Part shown: positions 58,355 through 64,000 of the stretch, piece by piece
Layout of the letters: each line of letters begins with the position of its first letter
Numbering within the stretch: position 1 is the first letter of the stretch
Origin: an uncultured Angelakisella sp.
GTDB lineage: Bacteria > Bacillota > Clostridia > Oscillospirales > Ruminococcaceae
DNA: 64,000 nucleotides
Direction of reading: 5' to 3'
NCBI GenBank assembly: GCA_910585535.1
Contig: CAJUFK010000004.1
Span: 3,841 to 67,840 of the forward strand
Position numbers and translations under genes: made by a program
Notes under the pieces: generated by a model
Told to the model about the DNA's origin: nothing
Databases searched by the model: none
The model's input: the letters and a program-made list of their open reading frames with translations, nothing else

Positions 58355-59158
58355 TTACAAAAAAACGATGGTGTCGTTCAGCTTCTCCAGCAGGGCCAGA
58401 ACGCTGTAGGCTGCCAAGGTGGAGGAACGCTGATTTTCCCCCGCCTTAGGCTCCACCTGGATCACCGCCCGGCCAAAATCCCCTTCCAGGCGGATGGTGT
58501 GCCGCGGGGCGGAAAGTTCCGGACAGCTCGCCACTGTTACCTGGGTCTCCCCGGGGCCGTTGGTGGCCAGGGCGGTGGCGACAGCGACGTTGACATTCTT
58601 GGGGAACCGGGCGATGGCCTCCCGGGCGGAGCCGGAAAAGAGGGGTTCCTCCCGATCCTCCGGCAGGGGATAGGAAACCGCCTCCTGAAGGGAGCGGGGG
58701 GGCTTATCGTTGGCGATGGCGGCCTGCAGTCTTCCGTGGAGGCTGGCGGCCCGCATCAGGTCAAAGCCCCCGATGGCCCCGGAGGGCAGGTAGACCCGGA
58801 CCCCGTTCTCCTGGGCAGTCCGGCGGACCTCCCGGAGAAAGTCCTCGTCGGCAAAGGCCCCGATGGACAGGGGGATAAGGTCGGCCCCCGCCTGGAGAAT
58901 GGAGAGGGCGGCGGACTTCAAAGCGCCGCCTCCTGCCGCTTCCACCAGGTGATCCGGCCTTTGGAGCAAAAGCTCATCCAGATTGGCGCAAAAGGCGCCG
59001 CCGGTTTCTGCCGAAAGGGCCTGCGCCAGAGAGGCGTTGGCGTCGGTGACCCCCGCCAGCCGGTACCCAGGGACCAGCCCGTTGGCGATGCCCCGGGCCA
59101 CAATCTGCCCCAGCAGCCCGCAGCCAAAAATTCCTACTGTCCTGTTCCTCTTTTCCAT
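58355..59158 (-). CDS. nadX: L-aspartate dehydrogenase
   Basis: GCGLLG, VEAA, PSGAIGGFD, FSGSAREAIARFPKNVNVA, SSTLAAYS. Confidence 0.85.
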   Translation of the reverse strand: MEKRNRTVGIFGCGLLGQIVARGIANGLVPGYRLAGVTDANASLAQALSAETGGAFCANLDELLLQRPDHLVEAAGGGALKSAALSILQAGADLIPLSIGAFADEDFLREVRRTAQENGVRVYLPSGAIGGFDLMRAASLHGRLQAAIANDKPPRSLQEAVSYPLPEDREEPLFSGSAREAIARFPKNVNVAVATALATNGPGETQVTVASCPELSAPRHTIRLEGDFGRAVIQVEPKAGENQRSSTLAAYSVLALLEKLNDTIVFL

Positions 59159-59169
59159 GGTGTCCCCCC

Positions 59170-59859
59170 TTATGTGTCGATGGATATGTTGTCCCAGTCG
59201 TCGCCGCCGTAGCCGATGAGCCAGTTAAGGGCGATGTGCCGCTCCAGGGCCACATCGGCGTCGATGCCGGCGGGGGCGGCTTTTCCGTTGATCCGGGCGT
59301 CCTCGGCGGCCCAGCGGATGCGGTAGATGAGATCGGCTTCGTCCAGGATCTCCCCGTCGGGACGCCTGCGGCTCCAGGCGGCAAATTTTTTGTAGGAGCT
59401 GGGCTGGACATTGGGGAAAAACTCCTCCAGGTCCCCCTGGAACTGTCCCCTGGGAATATCCAGGCTGGGGATCCGTCCCAGGGCCCAGGCCAGGACCACA
59501 AAGGCCTCCATCCGCCAGGTGGCGGCCTGAATGATCTGGGTCGCGGCCTCCCCGGAGAAGAGCTTTCGCTCCCTTTGGGACAGTTCCTCCCAAAGCCCCC
59601 AGCTTTGGAGGATCCCGGTAAAGTGACCGGCCACCTCCCGCTGATGCTCTTCCCCAACCTCTACAATGTTCCAGGAGCAGACGGCGGTGAGAAAGACACA
59701 GCCCGCCCGCCTGGCGATCTCCTCCTGGGAGCGGATCCTGGCTGCCCCCTCCGGCTCGATCAGGGGAAGGTGCTGGATAAAGGGGATTCCCTCCCGCGTT
59801 AGGATCTCGATGCTCCGGGCCCTCCGGGCCTCGGCCATCGCCTGCTGTTCTTGGGTCAT
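59170..59859 (-). CDS. DUF4272-like protein
   Basis: WRMEAFVVLAWALG, ILDEADLIYRIRWA, ERHIALNWL, WDNISIDT. Confidence 0.75.
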   Translation of the reverse strand: MTQEQQAMAEARRARSIEILTREGIPFIQHLPLIEPEGAARIRSQEEIARRAGCVFLTAVCSWNIVEVGEEHQREVAGHFTGILQSWGLWEELSQRERKLFSGEAATQIIQAATWRMEAFVVLAWALGRIPSLDIPRGQFQGDLEEFFPNVQPSSYKKFAAWSRRRPDGEILDEADLIYRIRWAAEDARINGKAAPAGIDADVALERHIALNWLIGYGGDDWDNISIDT

Positions 59860-59879
59860 GGTGTTTTCCTCCTTGTTGG

Positions 59880-60776
59880 TCATTCCTGAAAAAAGGACAG
59901 CTGCTGGCTGCCATATCCCGCCCGGCTGGCGGCGATGATGTCCTCCATCCGGTATAAGAGCCCCAGCCGGTCGCATTCCCGGGCAAAGAGGCCCCACCGC
60001 TTTTTTTCGCTGGGGATGGCGCACCAGTAGCGGTCCCCGTAGGTCCGCCGGTACCGGTCCGCCAGGCCGGGAAACCGTTCCTCCAGCTTTTGGTAATAGT
60101 GGTCCCGCTGGTTCATCCGAAGGGTCATCCCCAGGCTGCTGTACAGGAACCGGGCCCCGGTCTCCTTCACCGCCTGTACCATGGCCAGAAGGTTTTCCTC
60201 ACTGTCGGTGAGAAAGGGCAGCACCGGATTTAGCAGCACCCCGGCAAAGACGCCTGCCTGGGAAAGCTCCTTTACCGCCTGGAGCCTTTGGGAAGGGGGC
60301 GGGGCGTGGGGCTCGATGAGGGCGGCCAAGCGGTCGTCCGGGGTGGTGACGGTGACCATGCAGAGGATGGGGGACTGTTCCCCAATCTCCCGGAAGAGGT
60401 CGATGTCCCGGGTGATGAGGGGGCTTTTGGTGGTGACCGAGGCCCCGAAACCGTAAGCCGCCAGCAGCTCCAGGGCATGGCGGGTGAGGAGCAGCTCCTC
60501 TTCAAAGGGGTTGTAGGGATCGCTCATAGCCCCGGTGCCTACAATGCCCGGCTTCACCTTCCGGCGCAGATCGTCCCGGATGATCCGCAGGGCGTCGTCC
60601 TTGATCCGCACCCGGTCAAAGTCCTCCACCCCGTAGCAGGCGCTGCGGCTGTCGCAATAGATGCAGCCATGGCAGCATCCCCGGTAGATGTTCATGTTGT
60701 AGTTGATCCCGAACCACTGGCTTCCCGGGCTGTACCCGGAGACGATGGTCTTGGCAGGAACCCGTTCCAGTCCCAA
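59880..60776 (-). CDS. Radical SAM protein (SPL/Rv2578c-like)
   Basis: NIYRGCCHGCIYCDSRS, MSDPY, TKS; TTG start inferred. Confidence 0.88.
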   Translation of the reverse strand: MGLERVPAKTIVSGYSPGSQWFGINYNMNIYRGCCHGCIYCDSRSACYGVEDFDRVRIKDDALRIIRDDLRRKVKPGIVGTGAMSDPYNPFEEELLLTRHALELLAAYGFGASVTTKSPLITRDIDLFREIGEQSPILCMVTVTTPDDRLAALIEPHAPPPSQRLQAVKELSQAGVFAGVLLNPVLPFLTDSEENLLAMVQAVKETGARFLYSSLGMTLRMNQRDHYYQKLEERFPGLADRYRRTYGDRYWCAIPSEKKRWGLFARECDRLGLLYRMEDIIAASRAGYGSQQLSFFQE

Positions 60777-61005
60777 AGCAATCAGACCCTTTCTGTAACC
60801 GGGGGCGGCCCCGGCCTCTCCTTCTATTATCCATGAAACGGGGGAAGAATGCAAATCTTTTTTTCCGGGAACGGGAAAAAGTGGATGCCCTGCCTGTCCT
60901 TGTATCCCGGGGAGGTTTGCTGCCCATACTTTCTTCCAGGATGCCGGCCGGAGGGACCCCAACGGTTCCGGCGGCATACCGGCAAAAGCAAAGGGGGAAA
61001 AGGGA

Positions 61006-62088
61006 ATGAAGCGGGATTTTCGGGATTGGCTGCTGGGCTTTTCCACCTCCTTCGGCATCACCTTTCTGGGAATGATGGTGGTGCTGGGGACGGTTTGTTT
61101 CGTGTCCTATTCCCGGGCACAGAACAGGGAACAGGAAAGGATGGAGGCTGCCGCCCTTCACCGGGAGCCGGACACCTACCTTCCCGGGGCGGAGGACCGG
61201 CTTACCCTTTTGGTGGCAGGCCGGGACGGGGAAGGGGAGGAACCGGACACCTACCTTCTCCTGGGCTTTTTCCCGGATCGGGGAAAGATCGCCCTCTGTG
61301 TCCTGCCGGCCTCCACCTATCTGGAGTACGGCGGCCAGGGAAGCACCCTTGGGCGGCTGTGGCAGCAAGGGGGGCTGCGGTATGCCAAAAAGGGGCTGGG
61401 GGATTACCTGGGGATCCCCATTCACCGCTGCGCCACGGTGGGCCCAAAGGAACTGGACGCTTTGATGGCCTGGAGCGGCGGCCTTTTGGAGTACGACCTC
61501 ACCGCAGAGATAGAGGGGGAGCGAAAGGGCCGGAGGCTTTCCATGAGCCGGGGGCGGTGGCAGCTGGACGGGCAGAGGATCCTGGATTTGGCGGCCTACT
61601 CCGGCTATAAGGGCGGGGAACGGGAGCGGTGCGACCGGGCGGCGCTTCTTCTCTCTCAGCTGGTTTCCCGGACCTTGCCGGTATTCCTGGAGGAGGAGAA
61701 GGGGAAGGGTTTTACCGAGACTGCCTTGGAGGTGCTGGACACCGATCTTTCCGCCGCCGACTGCCTACAGCGCAAGCAGGCGCTTGAATTTTTGGCCCGG
61801 CTGGAGCTTCCGGCTGTTTCTGCCGTTTTTTTGGAGGGCTCCTTGAGCAGAAACTACACGGTCTATCATCTGACCGGGGACTGCAAGGCCCGCCTTGGGG
61901 AGATATACGGCGACCCAGGTACAGCGCCCAAGTGGCAGTTTTCCGCAGGGGAAGAGGAGAAGGCGGTGCCGGTGGAGGAGCCGGTCCAGGAGGAGAAGAA
62001 GCCCTTGCGGGACAGCGGGACGTCTGCTTTGCAGGACAGCGGGTGGCCGCCGATGCAGGAGCCGGGGGCGCTGGTGCCGCCGGGGTAA
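61006..62088 (+). CDS. LCP (LytR-CpsA-Psr)-like membrane-anchored protein
   Basis: N-terminal TM helix, LTLLVAG, DTYLLL, LGIPIHR, LDGQ, DTDLS resemble the LCP layout (divergent). Confidence 0.6.
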   Translation: MKRDFRDWLLGFSTSFGITFLGMMVVLGTVCFVSYSRAQNREQERMEAAALHREPDTYLPGAEDRLTLLVAGRDGEGEEPDTYLLLGFFPDRGKIALCVLPASTYLEYGGQGSTLGRLWQQGGLRYAKKGLGDYLGIPIHRCATVGPKELDALMAWSGGLLEYDLTAEIEGERKGRRLSMSRGRWQLDGQRILDLAAYSGYKGGERERCDRAALLLSQLVSRTLPVFLEEEKGKGFTETALEVLDTDLSAADCLQRKQALEFLARLELPAVSAVFLEGSLSRNYTVYHLTGDCKARLGEIYGDPGTAPKWQFSAGEEEKAVPVEEPVQEEKKPLRDSGTSALQDSGWPPMQEPGALVPPG

Positions 62089-62107
62089 GGAAAAACCATA
62101 TGCTTCT

Positions 62108-62145
62108 AAAAAGCAAAGAAGCCACCTTATAAGGTGACTTCTTTG
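62108..62145. terminator. Terminator of the ncRNA (may also serve the convergent LCP gene)
   Basis: CAAAGAAGCCACCTTA/TAAGGTGACTTCTTTG hairpin; U-tract on the minus strand at 62108-62112. Confidence 0.8.
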
Positions 62146-62257
62146 ATACAGGGTTCGTTGCCGACTGCGCTTTTCTCTGCGCTCAGCTTTTGGCCATACC
62201 AATGATTATCCGCTACAGAAACCTATAGCAACGTAATTGGCGTCTCCCAATCCCTAT
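62108..62257 (-). ncRNA. Structured ~150 nt ncRNA associated with the DUF3800 gene
   Basis: Own consensus promoter and terminator, no credible RBS/ORF, nested stems (AUAGGG/CCCUGU, AUUGG/CCAAU, CGUUGC/GCAACG, GCUAUAG/CUGUAGC, GCUGA-GCGC/GCGC-UCGGC). Confidence 0.75.
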
Positions 62258-62262
62258 ACACA

Positions 62263-62291
62263 ATTATAGTATGCAGAATGGTATTTGTCAA
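62263..62291 (-). promoter_or_regulatory. Perfect sigmaA promoter of the ncRNA
   Basis: TTGACA (62291-62286)-17 bp-TATAAT (62268-62263), starting 8 bp past the DUF3800 stop codon. Confidence 0.85.
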
Positions 62292-62299
62292 TCCCCACG

Positions 62300-63091
62300 T
62301 TATGGCATACAATGTACGCCATAACGGTCCGGGCGGCCAATTCCACCGTCGTACCTGTAATGTTTTAGTGTGGCGAAAATATTCGCTTTGGGTTGACTCA
62401 TCCCTGCGAAATGTCTTGCAAAACTGTGGGGGACAAAATCCGCAATCTGAAGCCCCGCTATATTCTGGTCCTTATCCACAAAATCAAGCCCCAAAAGCCT
62501 TTTTTCCATAACGGCTCTGGTCATATACATGGAACCCATCAGCTTTATATGGTAATACCGGTCGCGCAATCTTTCATTGCCGATGAGTTCTCTGGATTCG
62601 TAAACAATACTGCCCCTTCCATTTTTATTTGAAAGAAAATGACAATAGTTTTCCAAGATGTATTGCATGGCGATTAAATATGGATCCGGCTTATTGTCTC
62701 CCCCCTGATAATGATCCCGCAGACGATCCTCCGAGATACAGCAGCCAACGATGGTTATATCATTTTGGGCAAAGACCTGTTTTAGATTTGCGTAAAAAAC
62801 CTTACGGCTGCATTGTTGGGAAAACCGTGTGTATTCCGGATATTTCCTGGGGTCCAAGCGGCCCTTTTCAGCATCTAGGATTCGCATTTGGTGCATAATG
62901 ACAGACTCCGGGTCTGGACGATCCCGCCAAATGGATCTCTTAAACTGCGCTAAGCTGTTGTTGAGTTGTGAGATGCTGCTGTCAGCAACCACAATTCCTG
63001 CCATACAGAAATGTGGGTTTTGAAAACTATGAGTCGCTTGGTCCCATATCTTTGTTTCGCTCTCGTCTAAATAAAGCGTGTATTTCTTCAT
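62300..63091 (-). CDS. DUF3800-family protein (RNase H-like fold)
   Basis: N-terminal YTLYLDESE, central IVYESR, C-terminal AGLQIADFV; lower GC than flanks. Confidence 0.85.
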   Translation of the reverse strand: MKKYTLYLDESETKIWDQATHSFQNPHFCMAGIVVADSSISQLNNSLAQFKRSIWRDRPDPESVIMHQMRILDAEKGRLDPRKYPEYTRFSQQCSRKVFYANLKQVFAQNDITIVGCCISEDRLRDHYQGGDNKPDPYLIAMQYILENYCHFLSNKNGRGSIVYESRELIGNERLRDRYYHIKLMGSMYMTRAVMEKRLLGLDFVDKDQNIAGLQIADFVPHSFARHFAGMSQPKANIFATLKHYRYDGGIGRPDRYGVHCMP

Positions 63092-63122
63092 CGTTTGCCA
63101 CCACCGCAGTTTACTAAACCGC

Positions 63123-63151
63123 ATTATACTATAAATCGACCGAAAGTTCAA
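63123..63151 (-). promoter_or_regulatory. sigmaA promoter of the DUF3800 gene
   Basis: TTGAAC-17 bp-TATAAT on the minus strand. Confidence 0.65.
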
Positions 63152-63265
63152 TAGTTCGGTTCGTCAGGTTTCCCCCCGACGGCCGATATGCACTGAAAAG
63201 TGTTATTTTCCCCTTGCCATTCGTCGGAAAATATTGTAGGATGGAAAAGAAAAGGAGGTATCCTC

Positions 63266-63625
63266 ATGTCCAAACAAAACTCCCCCCTTCGCCTGTTCCT
63301 CTGGCTTGCGGTGGCCCTGGCCCTGGGGGGTTCGATGCTGTGGCTGGCGCGGCCCCAGGCGGAGGGGCGGGTGGTGGCCAGCATCACCGTGGGGGAAGAA
63401 ACGGTGCGGACTATCGACCTTACCAAGGCCAAGGATCAGGAGTTCTCTATTCTGGAGGAGACGGGGAAGCCCATTACCTTTCAGATCAAAGACCACGCCA
63501 TCCGCTTCCTGGAATCCGACTGCCCGGATAGGGTGTGCATCAACACCGGCTTCCTGAAAAACGACCTGGACGTGGCCTGCTGCCTGCCCAATCAGACCGC
63601 GCTCCTTGTCTCCAAAGAGGATTGA
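63266..63625 (+). CDS. NusG domain II (DUF1312) membrane-anchored protein
   Basis: AAGGAGG RBS, N-terminal TM helix, SDCPDRVCINTG, CCLPN. Confidence 0.88.
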   Translation: MSKQNSPLRLFLWLAVALALGGSMLWLARPQAEGRVVASITVGEETVRTIDLTKAKDQEFSILEETGKPITFQIKDHAIRFLESDCPDRVCINTGFLKNDLDVACCLPNQTALLVSKED

Positions 63626-63716
63626 CCGTTTTTTGAAGTCGATGTCGTCTCTGCCTCGTTGTGTACATAGTGGACAGGGGAAAACGCCCTGACCGGCATA
63701 GGAAGGACGGTGCGCT

Positions 63717-64000
63717 ATGGCTCATCTGATTGAGGTAAAGAACGCTTACAAGATCTATAACCCCGGGGAAAACGAGGTCCGGGCCCTGGATGGGGTCTCC
63801 CTGACGGTGGACACCGGGGAGTTTGTGGCCATCATCGGCCAGTCGGGGTCGGGGAAATCTACCCTGATGAACCTGCTGGGATGCCTGGACGTCTGCACTT
63901 CGGGGGAGTACGCCATCAACGGCCAGGACGTCTCCCACCTTTCTGACGACGACCTTTCGGAGATCCGCAACAACGAGATCGGCTTTATCTTCCAGGGCTT
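63717..64000 (+). CDS. ABC transporter ATP-binding protein (LolD/MacB-like), runs off the window
   Basis: MAHLIEVKNAYKIY..VRALDGVSL..GQSGSGKSTLMNLLGCLD..IGFIFQ. Confidence 0.9.
   Translation, partial: MAHLIEVKNAYKIYNPGENEVRALDGVSLTVDTGEFVAIIGQSGSGKSTLMNLLGCLDVCTSGEYAINGQDVSHLSDDDLSEIRNNEIGFIFQG

Noticed and set aside
62097..62260. Small protein-coding gene rather than ncRNA downstream of DUF3800
   Set aside because: The possible minus-strand ORF (ATG near 62197) lacks an SD, starts inside a stem and runs through the terminator
1..64000. CRISPR array, tRNA or rRNA genes
   Set aside because: No regularly spaced direct repeats, cloverleaf with T-loop consensus or rRNA-like sequence seen by eye

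Overview
Spore-forming Firmicute (Clostridia, Oscillospiraceae/Acutalibacteraceae-like gene content) window in two parts. (1) 1-~37,140 is the right portion of a visibly lower-GC accessory island. It holds a LysR/TRAP/serine dehydratase/RidA/EutH catabolic operon; a tyrosine recombinase followed by an inverted-repeat-flanked sigmaA promoter (candidate phase-variation switch) and a catalytically dead recombinase paralogue; a ~19 kb ABC-transporter-dependent, galactofuranose-rich polysaccharide locus; a decayed mobile/defence-like segment; and a large serine recombinase whose stop codon overlaps the orphan 3' half of spoIIID. The island therefore appears to interrupt a sporulation regulator, and the 5' half of spoIIID was not found in this window. 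(2) ~37,300-64,000 is high-GC host backbone (spoVG, rpsF-ssb-rpsR, galU, unshifted prfB, DnaD/DnaC-like pair, ruvX, nadX and others). It contains an IS3 remnant and a ~1.05 kb low-GC islet: a DUF3800 (RNase H-like) gene immediately followed by an independently promoted, terminated, highly structured ~150 nt non-coding RNA. All calls come from reading the sequence and translations by eye; no searches were run.
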